37,753 nucleotides of DNA, taken from assembly GCF_001194135.2 (NCBI RefSeq), contig NC_068981.1, positions 122,241,986-122,279,738 of the forward strand. The letters are read 5' to 3'. The stretch is from Octopus bimaculoides (lineage: Eukaryota). A model generated the notes under the pieces. That model was not told where the DNA came from, did not search any database, and saw only the letters and a list, made by a program, of their open reading frames with translations. Each line of letters begins with the position of its first letter. Positions within the stretch are counted from its first letter, which is position 1. Of the stretch, positions 11,478-23,346 are shown piece by piece. Position numbers and translations under genes: made by a program.

Positions 11478-11612
11478 AGTGTTCCGAATATTAATGATAT
11501 CTAATATCGTCGCGAGGCCATAGTCGATTAATCAAACAAACTACATGATTGATTCTTATCACATCAGCACCGGAATTGTGAAAGGTAACGTCGATCCCAG
11601 TGGCAATTAATC

Positions 11613-11970
11613 TCTTCTTCTTCTTCTTCTTCTTCTTCTTCTTCTTCTTCTTCTNNNNNNNNNNCTTCTTCTTCTTCTTCTTCTTCTTCTTCTTCTTCTT
11701 CTTCTTCTTGACCTTCTTACGCACCTTCTTCTTTCTCTTCTTACTCACCTTCTTCTTTCTTTTGTTATTCACCTTCTTTCTCTTCTTATTCACCTTCTTC
11801 TTCTCCTTCACCTTATTCTTCTCTCTTTCCTCTCTTTTCTTCTTTTTTATTCTTTATTCTTCTATTTCTCCTCCTAACCTTCATTATTCGGCACCCCCCA
11901 TCTCTTCCTCTGCTCCTCCACCTCCTGTGCTTCTTCTCCTCATCCTGCTCTTTTTACTACTACTTCTTTG
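11613..11970. repeat. (CTT)n microsatellite with a 10-N gap, decaying into a pyrimidine-rich tract
   Basis: Pure CTT at 11613-11708 (N at 11655-11664), then degenerate TTC/CTC-rich sequence. Confidence 0.95.
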
Positions 11971-13459
11971 AAATGATGCACATATGAATTGTACAATACA
12001 TATGGAATTGTTCCATTATGATATATTTTCAAGCTAATGTTATAGCGGAGTTGCCACTTCCTACATATAAATGTTAATGTTATTTAACATAAGCACTAGA
12101 TTCAGTAATTATTTCAGTACTACTTATTTTATCGAATACTTAATAGTACTTTAGTCTAATAGAAAATGCATACATATACCCACTTCACTTGTGCTATTAA
12201 TTACCACGTTCCTTCTATGAAACACAGTGACTTATATTTGGTAGAAGATTTGATTTCTCCTCTTTACCGACAAATATTTCGGAGTCTTCTACATCTGCCT
12301 CTGTTCGTCTCAGCCTGGTACAATTACTTTTAATTTTGCTTGCCGTTGATTTTTCGGAGCTTAGAACAAATTGGACTTATTAGATTCTTCGATTACATAA
12401 TGATCAATCAGATATAATATTCCTGATGTTGTGAAATCACACCATGACTGTAAACTGTAACCCTAATTGAGGTATCTAGAGGCATAGCATATGTTGAGTG
12501 TACATTTGTCGTTAATATTGTTGTACACACCTTACCTGTGATTTGGTGAGAACAGAAGTTAGGTTATTAATAGTGAATTAAGCTATCAACTTTAAACTAC
12601 AACTTTTTGGCGGTTGAGTTAAAGATAGATGCTGCAAAACCGACTCACCCAGACGGTTTAGCAGGGAGAATGAAATGACCTTTAGAAAATGAACAGAAAG
12701 TAACATACACAATATCAAATTGATAAGTCAGAAACATAATTCGGAATATCATAGTGTGCAGATTATACGGAAGCTGAAAATTTCGCCATTTACAGATATT
12801 CAGAAGGTAAAACAATATGTGTACCTATAGAAATGTGAATGGCAAGAGAATATCCTAACACAGTGCTAACATAACCAACATTTCATCCACTGCAGGTAGT
12901 GAAATGCCAACATATTGGAACAAAATAATCTCATGCAGTCACAAAGAAAAGTTGGTAATTGTTCCAAACTACTCCTCTAAGTATAATTAAACCAAAACGA
13001 ACGACAGAAACTTTAAGGGAGATAGAAAATGAAAAACTGTTAAGATACACCGGTGAAAATGGAGTAGAAAGAAACATGATAGAAATGTATGGTAAAAATT
13101 GTGGCCGAAATGGAACAGAACTTACAATATTTTTCCTATATTGTAGAGAATCCTCGTATGAAAGTAGACAAGGTTATTTGCAGAAAGTGAAAATTCAAAA
13201 GGATAATATCATACACATAGTGACTACTATCGTGTAAATAGATTACTAATAGAAAAAATACAGAACCGAAGAAAGCCGGAATAACACGGAGAAAGAATAT
13301 GGACTACAAACTGATTTCTAAGAAGGAAAGTGTGGAAAACAACACTTTCAGAACAACTCCAGAAGTAGCCTAAATGCTACAGAAAGTGAATAGTTAAGTG
13401 TTTCAAAATAAACAACCTAAAATTATGTTTGAAATGTAAATTGGAAAACAAAAGATTCT

Positions 13460-13667
13460 GCAAAATATCCTGAAATGACTTTGCGGCGGGGTGGGGGCTA
13501 GCCGATATGAGCGATACCATTGCAAAACTGGTACTTAGTTTATCAACCCCGAAAGGATGAAAAGCAAATTCGACCTCGGCGGAATATGAACTCAGAACGG
13601 AGCGACGAGTGAAATACTACTAAACATTTCGTCCAGCATGCTAAAGATTCTGCCACCTAGCCGTCTT
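13460..13667 (-). mobile_element. tRNA-derived SINE (family A)
   Basis: actggtacttagtttatcaaccccgaaaggatgaaaagcaaattcgacctcggcggaatatgaactcagaac...gctaaagattctgccacctagccgtctt is the reverse complement of the family A head and core. Confidence 0.88.
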
Positions 13668-13729
13668 AAGTGCAGGCAAAATATTAAATGAGCTAAAGTA
13701 AGTTCGGGAAACATTGCTCGAGTCTCTCT

Positions 13730-14440
13730 TCGAATGGAAATCCACCATAATTCTCAAAAATAACAGACCCGATATACGATATACGAGTTAAACCTCGACG
13801 GAGCCAAACAGACTCAAAAGTAGATAATTTTATGTGTTTACTGTTTTGTTTGATGTCAAATTTCTTTTCATCAGTGAACACAAGACTGGGCAGCGTGCCT
13901 TCAGCAATCTGACTCAGGATAAGACGACTTCTCTTCAGTCTCATGCGTGAACTCATGACGGTGGATCATGTTGTAGGAGTGGGTCCTGAGATCCTCCTTG
14001 TGCGCTCGATACATCGATGTTCGGCCTATTTTTGCTGATGCAGCCATTTTTCTGACGAAACGACGAATATTTCGCAGTATTATTCCTCTGGTATTTTGAT
14101 AAGCTGAGGGATATTCACACTTCTATTTCGGTCACACACAGGTCGATAAGCAGTGGATCCAGTCTTCTGGGATATCTTGATAATTATCCAGATTGCTGTT
14201 CTGTTAATTTTAAGCTTTTTTTTAATTGTAGCTGTATTACTTTCGCCACATTTGTGGAGAGTAATGATTGTATTTCGGAGTATAGCCATCATGTAATTAA
14301 TAAACCTAAATTTATTGAGTATGAAACAAAAAGAAGGCACACTAAGCTTTTATAAGGAAGTATAATTTTCATACCTTCTCACATTTATTGACAGTTATTA
14401 AAGCTCGAAACTTCGGTTGCTATAATTTTGGGACACATTG
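13730..14440 (-). mobile_element. Tc1/mariner transposon (probable DD37D/maT type), 5' part only
   Basis: The terminus reads TA|CAATGTGTCCCAAAATTATAGCAAC on the minus strand (TA at 14441-14442). Pseudo-ORF from ~14289: MAILRNTIITLHKCGESN..IKKKLKINR...; RKMAASAKIGRTSMYRAHKEDL; LPSLVFTDEKKFDI (first catalytic D at ~13870). Homology fades near an xxMVW-like motif at ~13735. The 3' half and second TIR are absent. Confidence 0.8.
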
Positions 14441-14442
14441 TA

Positions 14443-14740
14443 TATACATATACGCGTGCGTGTGTGTGTGTGTACGTGTGTATGTATGTGAGTGTATGTG
14501 TGTGTATGCGCGCGCGCGGGTGTGTATCTTTGAACTTTTGTTTGTCACACACAACTGCTTGACAAACGGTGTTCATTTCACTACGTCCCCTTAACATACT
14601 TGTTCAACAAAAGATTTCGATTGAATAAGGACCAGACTGTATAAATTAAGAACTGGTGTTGAATTCTTCCATTGGAAAAAGTAACGTTCAGAAGGGTGCT
14701 CCTGCAAGGCCGTAATCCAGTGACTGAAACAGGTAAGGGG
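14443..14740 (+). mobile_element. tRNA-derived SINE (family B): internal microsatellite plus 3' half
   Basis: A (TG)/(CG)-rich tract is followed by gtttgtcacacacaactgcttgacaaacggtg...tacgtccccttaac...caaaagatttcgattgaataag...aaggccgtaatccagtgactgaaacaggtaag. It is homologous to the reverse complement of 3076-3300. Confidence 0.75.
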
Positions 14741-15337
14741 CAAATATGAGGGTATCATTTATTTTAGAATATAACTATTCTCCTACTTCATCTCTAATGT
14801 TTCTATACCCACCTATAACTCTTATGAACCACATGCTGAAGTCTTCTAGTTTTAAATAGAAATGTTATAGGGGACAAGCAATCAAGCATACATTCATATG
14901 GATGACTCCCCTGTTTACGTTTGCATCTCTATATATGTATTCTGAAACTTGGGGTGAATGCTGACTCTATGATTTACAATGCAATCTGTGTTGATACTAT
15001 ATCACGCTATCAAGATTTGCTGTAGTATAAAGTGGTTCTCCCTAGTATACAAATCAAATTGTATCCTGTGAAGAAAAAGCACACTATTCGCTAAGTTTTA
15101 AGGAAATGCTTCGGCACACCTCTACACCTATATTGCCCAACAATCATTCACGAACATTAATTTCGGTGTAGGTGCGAATATTATTTTAGAATATATTGCC
15201 TGTTTCGACGAGCTAATCCACTGTCCGACGATGGCTAAGCTGATTGAAACTACGAAGTCACTGTCAACAACTTTTCGTGTTAGAATAATAAATTTGTACT
15301 CTATAAAAACAATCCATCCGATTAATGTAAAATTGTT

Positions 15338-16150
15338 CAGAGTGCGGTGAATAAATTATCGTCTAAATTACAGAAAAATAAAAATAACACTGACATCTCA
15401 TTTTAGCAGATATATTTAAGAAAATTACATAAAAATATAGTTGAAATACGAAACAGTAAATTCATTCAATAAAATCGCCATTGGCTTCAACCACGGCCTC
15501 CAGACGACTCCGGAATCTTTTGCAACTCTTCAGGACGGTCTCCTTGTTTAAGTTGGTGGATGCTGCCATAATCCTTGCTATCAGGTCATATTTCGTGTTA
15601 CATGGAATTTTATTGGTTCTTCGCTCAACTGCGCCCCACATATAATGATCTAGTGGGGTGCAGTCTGGGGAGTTAGGTAGCCAGATGTTAGGGGTGATTT
15701 GGTCGCAGAAATTATGTGGCAGCCGTGACTGGTTTCTTCTACTTCTGTGACATAGGGTCTTCCAGCAGCCGCCCTCTTGACCCAGGGTAGCACTACCTCC
15801 TCCAGGCATCTGATGTAGGCCTCTGTGTTGTGTCTAAGGTCCTGTAGGAAGATAAATGGAGGCTAAAGTCGCCATCACTAGCAATAACTATAAGCCCCTT
15901 CGTAATCACTATTAGAGTCATCCAACTCTTTCCAAGTCCTCTGCACTGTCCTGAGATTGACACCCAAGCACTCTGAAATGTTCGTATTGGCGCTTCCGGC
16001 GCGAACGTCAAGCAATACAGCATGCCGCTTCCAAATTTCTGGCAGAGTGTATTGCGTTATGGTACTGTTTCTCTCACAACTGACCCTACTATACTGTGTA
16101 GTCGACAAAATGAAAAACACTGCATGCACATGCGCGAAATTAATGCTCTT
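15338..16150 (-). mobile_element. Internally deleted Tc1/mariner transposon (DD37D/maT type)
   Basis: The 3' TIR-like end CAGAGTGCGGTGAATAAATTATCGTC is at 15338-15363. The pseudo-ORF 16060-15462 begins (ATA)TQYTLPEIWKRHAVLLDVRAGSANTNISECLGVNLRTVQRTWKELD..DYEG. After a large deletion it resumes ..SDGD.PPFIFLQDLRHNTEAYIRCLEEVVLPWVKRAAAGRPYV, and after a small deletion HRSRRNQSRL..NFCDQITPNIWLPNSPDCTPLDHYMWGAVE...RFRSRLEAVVEANGDFIE*. Confidence 0.88.
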
Positions 16151-16157
16151 CTTAATC

Positions 16158-16262
16158 CAAAAGAGACCGAAAGAATAACTACCAGTCGGTTCATAAGTCG
16201 GTTCATTCGAATGAAGATCTTCAATGCGGTGCCTCATCGTGGTAACAGAAGCTAATTTAGAG
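16158..16262 (+). mobile_element. tRNA-derived SINE (family B), 3' fragment
   Basis: caaaagagaccgaaagaataactaccag...gtcggttcattcgaatgaagatcttcaatgcggtgcctcatcgtgg matches the family B 3' segment also seen at 3076-3210 (-). Confidence 0.65.
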
Positions 16263-18559
16263 GGAATTTAGGAGTCAAAATTGAGGGGGTTAAAGAAACA
16301 ATGTCCAATGAACGTCCTGCACTTACATATGCATGCCCTGTGTAGCTAACTCATCTTTAGTGAGAGACTTTGTGGAACAGGTATAGAACTGTAACGTAAT
16401 AGATGGATAAATATAAATAAAAGTAACATGAAATATCGAATAATCGATCGCATGCTATAAATGAAGCTTATTTATTGTGTGTAATTATCTACATCTACTT
16501 TAGTAGAATAGAAAATTAGTTGAACTATGGAACTTGAGGTTGATCGATTAGTCAACACGCTGTAATAATATGGTCACCATGGAAACATTTGGTATCTAGT
16601 CGTGATCCAGTGAGTGATTCTGATTCTCTTTCTCTCCAGGTGATATGATACTTGTTATGTTTAGCATTATATCTGTTTGCAATTGATAGTTGTTAATACA
16701 TTTGATTTTCAAGTAAAATATTTTTGAAATAGTGATAACCTACAATATGGGAATTGAAGACAGAAACACTCTGCATAGTAATGTATGTCTCTCGAATGAT
16801 GACAACATAGATGGAGAGGAATATATATTCACAGCCTCAGGCATTACACATATACACAATAGACAACACCGAAAACAACATTTGTAACAGTTGCACATAA
16901 TTTACGTAAATATTACAATAGTATAAAAAGACACAGAAGAAAAAGCAAACTAAAAGCTCAGTGTGCTGCAAGGCACATAAAGGAAATCTTAGTTGTTCTG
17001 TGAAAGTATGCAAAAAATGAAGAGTTCAGAATGAATAATGAGAATAGCATAATTTTTGAAGAAGTTAGATGGTGAAATGTATAAACAATCTGTAAAAGGA
17101 AAAAAGTATGAACCTACATATTTCAAATGTCTAAGAGGTGCTAATTCTATATATCACAATTGTGTAATAAAATAAAATTCAATATATTCATATTGTATAA
17201 AGAGAGAACAAATACTACATACAAAATGATCTAAATAAAATCAAAAGCAACAATCAAACATGGAATTATTAAAATAATATGCACTGATATAACATTCAAT
17301 AATAAATAAAATTGTTAAGTGATAATAAGAAAGATATCTAATTATTGAAAACTAAAACCACCGTGTCGTATGCACAGTATTTCAGTAGAGCAGAAATCAG
17401 TCCTCCTTTGAATCAAAAATGAACTTTCAGTCTTGTCATACAACACTCTTCACCAACATGTGTGATTCACTAACGAGTTTAAGGACAAACTATTTTATAT
17501 TTCTGAGGAGATACGTTACCGCCCGAGTTAAATAGATCTTGATAGCAAAAACTGTTAAACAAATATTAAATGGCAACGTATTTCAGTTTAACAGTTCATA
17601 GTTTTGAGCTGTAGAAAAAATATATGAATTCTTCATGACTTACATTTTCCTGGGGTTAAAACTGGTTTTTATCTACGCAAAAAGAAAGAAAAAAAAACAA
17701 ATATCGTGTAAATTTGTGTAGTGAAATCTGTTCACCTACTTTTCTTTTGATATGGAGCTAACAATTACACATCATAGTACATTCGCAAGTTAATATGTGA
17801 TATTTCAAAAATAATGACTTGTAATAGGAGAAAAATAATACGCATTTAGTGAACGGGGTAGAAATGTTTGTTTCTAACTAGATGCTGGTATTTAATTTTA
17901 TGATATGTAATATTGGGGAAAAAGAGGTTACGATTTAGCCGAAACTACAGTTTTTAGAATCCCTTATTAATAAACTCTCTGTCAACATGCCCAACAAAAA
18001 CACCTACGTTCAAAATACTGAACATCTCACTTACCTATTGACACACGACTTCTACTTCTACTGAATCCGTTGGTCCTTCACCTTCACATACTTTCTGGTC
18101 TGATTTTCCTAGTTCTCTTTACCTTTCTTCAGCTTCAACATTCCCTCCCGACCTGAGCCGCTAACATTCTTTTTCTATTTGCTTTTATTTACTCTCCTTT
18201 TCTTCCATTTTACTCTTAAATTCTCTCAAACTGATAATTTACCAATTTTTCCAACCTGAGGGAAGCCGCTTTTACGGTAATGCTTATATGTATCTTCTAC
18301 TGGCTGCATCTCCAGGACTTTTTGCACACTCCATCTTCTTATCATGAACATTACAGCTATTATGTACTTCTGAGCCCTTAGAAAGAAGCATCGGACTTGA
18401 AATATCACCCTTTCACCCCGCTTAGTTTTCTCTATTTTTTGTAGTCCACTTGAATATATTTTGTAAATATATGAACATCCATTATGCTTATGCAAGAGTA
18501 TCTTCTGAAAATTTTCAGTTTTCCCTATCCCTATATAGCTGTGTCTCGTATTTGCTGTT

Positions 18560-18660
18560 GTATTCTCTCTCTCTCACTCTATCTCCCTTTCCTTCCCACC
18601 CTCTTCCTCTGTCTCTCTTTTCCTTCCACACACACACACACACACTCTCTCTCTCTCTCT
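18560..18660. repeat. (CT)n/(CA)n low-complexity tract
   Basis: Direct reading. Confidence 0.8.
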
Positions 18661-19724
18661 AACCCTTTGTGCCTTTTATCCATTTATTTATAAAACTATG
18701 CATGTCATTATTGTATCATCTCCGTTACTCAAACATTTTGTTGAAGTTCTTCATTTTCCTTTCTTGAAGTCTCCTAAGCAGAAGCTGCACATGCTCCGAC
18801 AGGAGCTACACGGCCATATATAATTACACGTTTATTGACTTTCCTGGAAATAGCTTACTCAGATGTATTAGCGGACGACTAGAAAGCTCCAGATGGATGG
18901 GTACTTGGAAGGGATCATGGTCAATAGCCTCATCCAGAAAAGGGCTGAGAATGGCAAAGTAGAGGTCACCAATGCTGTCTCATGACCTTCGTACCTTATG
19001 TCAATTTCGGACCGCATTTGAGCACAGCTTTTCCGGTTATTATCGAAGGGTCAGATTAAGACGGGTCAGGAAATGAATCTACTGTCAGCACACTTCTAGG
19101 GTGGTCTCATAATTCCTTTGCTGATGTTGTGCGAGCACTCTTTGTGGCTATACTTATATTGCTGTGATGATGTCAAAACAATTATAGGTCGAAGAGATCT
19201 TTTTCTGCTTAGTGCATGTGGTGTAAGACTTCGCGTGGTAAGAAAAGTTAAGACAGGCACTTCCGTATCTGGCCAACTTTTCGTCATTTATTTAAACGCT
19301 ACTTCATTTAAAAATGAAAATAAGGCACGAGAATGCGTTGTTTTATCGAAACGTGTATGGGAATCCGAAAACAGATGAGGCAGAATAGACCTAATATGAG
19401 TATGCTCTTTGTTGAATAGGAAGAAACACAATAGAACCTGGAAGAGGGCACATCCGATGCCTAGGATATAGTAGACTAATCCAAACCGTTTTATTTTATA
19501 ACTCGAGGTGAACTACTCTGTTATTGGCTGTTCAATTCATTTATTTCCTTTTATATTTATGCTTTTGAATTTTGTTTTTACATATCTTTGATCCTACTGT
19601 TTTTTGTGCACCCAAATTGAAGCGATTACTACAGCAAAAATAACAGCAACAATATATCTACTCCTACTCTTACAGCAACAATAAATCTAGTCCTACTCTT
19701 ACCACCTCTTCTTCGCTTCCTCTT

Positions 19725-19790
19725 ATTTCTACTACTACTGTTAGTGCTGCCGCTGCTATTACTACAACTGCTACTACTACTAGAAGAAGA

Positions 19791-19865
<75 letters not shown>

Positions 19866-20110
19866 TGATATTGTTATTATTACGTTAGTGATAGTAATGC
19901 TGAAGATAATAGCAACGATAACTCAAGAATTCAAATTCAAAATGATATCGATGATAGGGATCACGGTGACGATGAACATCATATTGATGTTGAAGACGAC
20001 GAAGGTAATGATGATTATAATGATGAAGATGATGATGACAGTGATAAGGAAGAGGAGAAGAATGAGGTGGGAGAGTTGTATACTATTGGTAGTTTTGACG
20101 ATGATATAGA
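19725..20110. repeat. Trinucleotide low-complexity region: (CTA), (GAA), pure (GTA)n at ~19795-19864, then degenerate (GAT)
   Basis: Direct reading; explains the poly-V/poly-M ORF. Confidence 0.9.
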
Positions 20111-20618
20111 TAAAGTGCATTAGCAATTATTTCGGTTTTTGTTAACCTACAGACGAATGATGGCTTACCGTATTACAACAAAAACATACTAATAAATGAA
20201 ATAAATAAAGACAAACAAAAATGTCACAGAAGCATGAATTGAATAAAGGAATAAAGAGAATATACAGAATCAATTATGAAAGGAGGAAAGAAAATGAAAT
20301 ATGTATATGTATTACATTATGTATTCCTATAGCATTGCTAGCATTGCTGATAAGAGTAAGATTCAGAAAATGGATGCTATGCGCACTTTTATTTCAACAT
20401 TTGAAAGAAAGAATGGATTAGAAGTGTCATAGCAATGCATAGACACTTTCATTTAGGTCACGGTTTCCCTAAGTGGCTGAAGGATATCAAGGTAAAACAA
20501 GCCAGGCAAACTTGAAGAAAATAAAATTAAGAACACCAACAACATTTTTGATTAACAGAGATAATACAATAATGTCAACCATAGCCTTATAAATGAAAAG
20601 ATAAAATACGCAAAGGAT

Positions 20619-20692
20619 GAAAGAGAGAGAGAGAGAGAGAGAGAAAGATCGAGAGGGAGAAAGAGGGGATGAGAGAGAGAGAAAGAGAGAGA
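20619..20692. repeat. (GA)n purine-rich tract
   Basis: Direct reading. Confidence 0.85.
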
Positions 20693-20837
20693 ATACAGCA
20701 GAAAAAATTAAATACACAGATAAAATGAGTATCGCTGACGCGTTGTATTCATATTTAAAATCGGGCTCAGCTGGAAGTAAAATATCTGCAGTAACAATTA
20801 AGAAATTCCAAATAAAGAATAATACTAATTGTTAGGT

Positions 20838-21049
20838 AGGTTTCAAATTTTGGTACAACGCCAGCAACTTCGTATGGAAAGGCTAAGTCGATTAAGCAAA
20901 CCCCAATGCTTATTTAGTACCTACTTTATCGTCTTCGTGGGACAAAAGGCAAAATCAACACCGATGAAATTTGAACCTAGAACATAAAGACGGACGAAAT
21001 ACTTCTACGCATTTTCCCGGTGTGTTAACGATCCTGCCAACTCACAGCC
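20838..21049 (-). mobile_element. tRNA-derived SINE (family A)
   Basis: ggtttcaaattttggtacaacgccagc...aaggcaaaatcaacaccgatgaaatttgaacctagaacataaagacggacgaaatac...gttaacgatcctgccaactcacagcc. Confidence 0.85.
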
Positions 21050-21064
21050 AGTCATGTGCACAGT

Positions 21065-21331
21065 TAACATTGGTTTCAAATTCTGGCAAAGGCCAGTCAT
21101 TTCTTGGGAGAGGGTAAGCCGATTACATTGACACCAGTACTCAAATGATACCTCAAATGATACCCTCCGAAAGGAGGAAAGGCAAAATCGACCGCTGCGG
21201 AATTTCAATTTAGAACATTAAGACGGGCGAAATACTGCTAAATATTTTACCCTGCTCAAAATTTTGCTCTGCTAAAAATTTTGCCTTGCTAAACATGTTG
21301 CTAATCATTCTGCCAGCTCGTATCTGCGCCT
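21065..21331 (-). mobile_element. tRNA-derived SINE (family A) with internal tandem duplications
   Basis: Same head and core as the adjacent copy, plus a 12-bp duplication (21140-21163) and four ~17-bp units (21235-21302). Confidence 0.85.
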
Positions 21332-21360
21332 TTATATCCAGCTAATGTTACTTCAAATAT

Positions 21361-21390
21361 TAAGGCAGCGGTCTGGCAGAAGCATTACTT
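21361..21390 (+). mobile_element. Family A SINE head fragment
   Basis: taaggcagcggtctggcagaagcattact matches the first ~28 nt of family A, including the A-box region. Confidence 0.5.
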
Positions 21391-22914
21391 TAAGTTAGCC
21401 TTACAACCTATTTGTAATATGGGAAACTAAATACTCCTCTTAATCAACGACCATATTTTTGACATGTAACATTTAGAAATGTGTGTGTAGGTATTAAAAG
21501 ACTGGAAGACTCCATCCGGAATACTCCTGGAGGTTTACAGTTCTTTCACTACCTAATGACTGGATTGATGAATAATATAGTATTCATTTACTATGAGAAG
21601 GATATTGTTTATGAGAGAGCAATATACGAAGGACAAAGCCCAGCACCTGTGAAACATTAATTATTAAAAAATCACTGAAATATTTTCCGGGAAATGATAT
21701 GGTGGTGCTTTTGAAACTGTTACTTGAATTTGTATTATCAAATATATATCAAGCATCATGAATAACGAACTCCTATATTTTATATATGATTTTTGTGCTC
21801 ACTTATATTTTGACCAATTACTTTACGAGTCGAATCACTCCTTATCGTATTACCGATGTAACCAAGAACCTTGTTAACGCTTCTTGACTTTGATAATTAG
21901 TCTCTTACAGATTTAACCGGTTGAGAGATCGATGTTGCACGCCATTCATTTAGTTTCTATAGGTTTCCGATGTAAGGTGTACATTGTCGATCTAATAGTA
22001 ATGAATATTACATCAAGCTAGTTGTATTTGGGAGACACTAAAACACATTTTGAAATTGTTACTGTCAAGAATAAATGTTGGTGCTCTTCACGTGATCACA
22101 ATACTTGATGTAATATCCCTCTTAATTATCACATATTTTATTTCCAAAACAATAGATTAGTTTTCTGATGTTCATGCATCTTATACACAAACCTAAGCGG
22201 AACAGCCAGCAATCACCAGCTAATTGGTTGAATAGACCACGTCCGATAGCTGAGACTATGATGTATCCTGGGCATTGTACTTCAGCTGTTGTTAAACCTC
22301 TGACCTTTTAGATAAGCATATAAGAATAGGAAAAGAACAATTCAGAGATGTTGCTAACAATTAACTGGAAAGTCATCTGATGCACAATATTGTGATTTAT
22401 AGTGACCCGATTCAATAGCTTAACATGATAATACAATCGGCGTCTGAACACTTGCCAGGCAACCCTTTTGTCACCCAAGATAGAGTATCTTTCTGAAGTT
22501 ATCTATACATTTGGTATTGAACTATCACAATTTCTTTGAATCTAATGCTTTAGTAATTATGATGATTATCACCGCGACCATCACTATCAAAATATCCGGT
22601 ATTTTATATAGTGGTGTGGATTTCTTAATTTCTTTTCATAATGTGTTTGGCAAATTGACGTTTAGAGTGTGACGAACATAGAAACAAAAGTAGATAAGAA
22701 TACTTGTGTTATGTTATTGTAAAGCAAATACAGAAATGAATAGCGTGTTATCTGTGTAGAATACTATTGCCATTATTTGTCACTGCTATAATGGCATTTT
22801 GAGTTTTGTGAGGGAGTAAAGAGATGCAGTCTGCTTAGTATCCCTTACGTTGTATATGCAGTTTACCTAAAGTTTCAATTTGTATTTGATACTTTTCGAG
22901 AAATTAATTACTCT

Positions 22915-23092
22915 AATTTCAGCACACAATCAGCAATACTGAGAGGAGGGGAAGCGATTACATCGACAGCAGCAAAAACCGGTACATATTTTATCCACTG
23001 CGAAAGGATGAATGGTCAGGTCAACCTTGGCGGCATTTGAACTCAGAACATATATAGCTGAAAGTAATGCCATTAAACATTTTGTCCGGTGG
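22915..23092 (-). mobile_element. tRNA-derived SINE (family A), 5'-eroded
   Basis: gcgattacatcgacagc...accggtacatattttatccactgcgaaaggatgaatggtcaggtcaaccttggcggcatttgaactcagaac. Confidence 0.8.
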
Positions 23093-23346
23093 GGTCATAC
23101 ATACATGCCAGTACGGTAGTGAACTGAGAAATCAATAAAGTGAAACACAATATTGTATCGAGTATTTAGTTGCGTACTTTCTCTTTTTGAATTCGAAGAC
23201 GACCACGGGCGATTGTGTATTCCATCCTCTCTGATTAAGTAAATTTAATTACTAGTTATGTACCTCAATAAAACCATTGAATCATAAACATCGAAGTTAT
23301 ATGTGAGGCCTTCTGTATAAAATTGAGATTAATATTAAATGTCAGT

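Noticed and set aside
11491-11971. Poly-Lys / poly-Phe ORFs (and poly-Val at 19744-20109)
   Set aside because: They are translations of (CTT)n and (GTA)n; no complex sequence and no splice context.
12950-13400. Purine-rich stretch with faint RTE-endonuclease-like words (YG..GRNG..L..F.C, HSD)
   Set aside because: The similarity is too weak to distinguish from chance without an HMM search.
14440-15363. Composite transposon formed by the two maT-like elements, or one element split in two
   Set aside because: The terminal sequences differ and each element has its own distinct N-terminal coding region, so they are independent insertions.
16600-16645. Adjacent splice donor-like (ca|gtgagt) and acceptor-like (ttctctttctctccag|) signals
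   Set aside because: The implied intron of ~30 nt is too short and the downstream sequence is stop-rich; such motifs occur by chance.
18226-18495. ORF faintly resembling the C-terminus of an RTE ORF2 (SVQKVLEMQPVEDT)
   Set aside because: The diagnostic LRWxGH and GRP motifs are absent.
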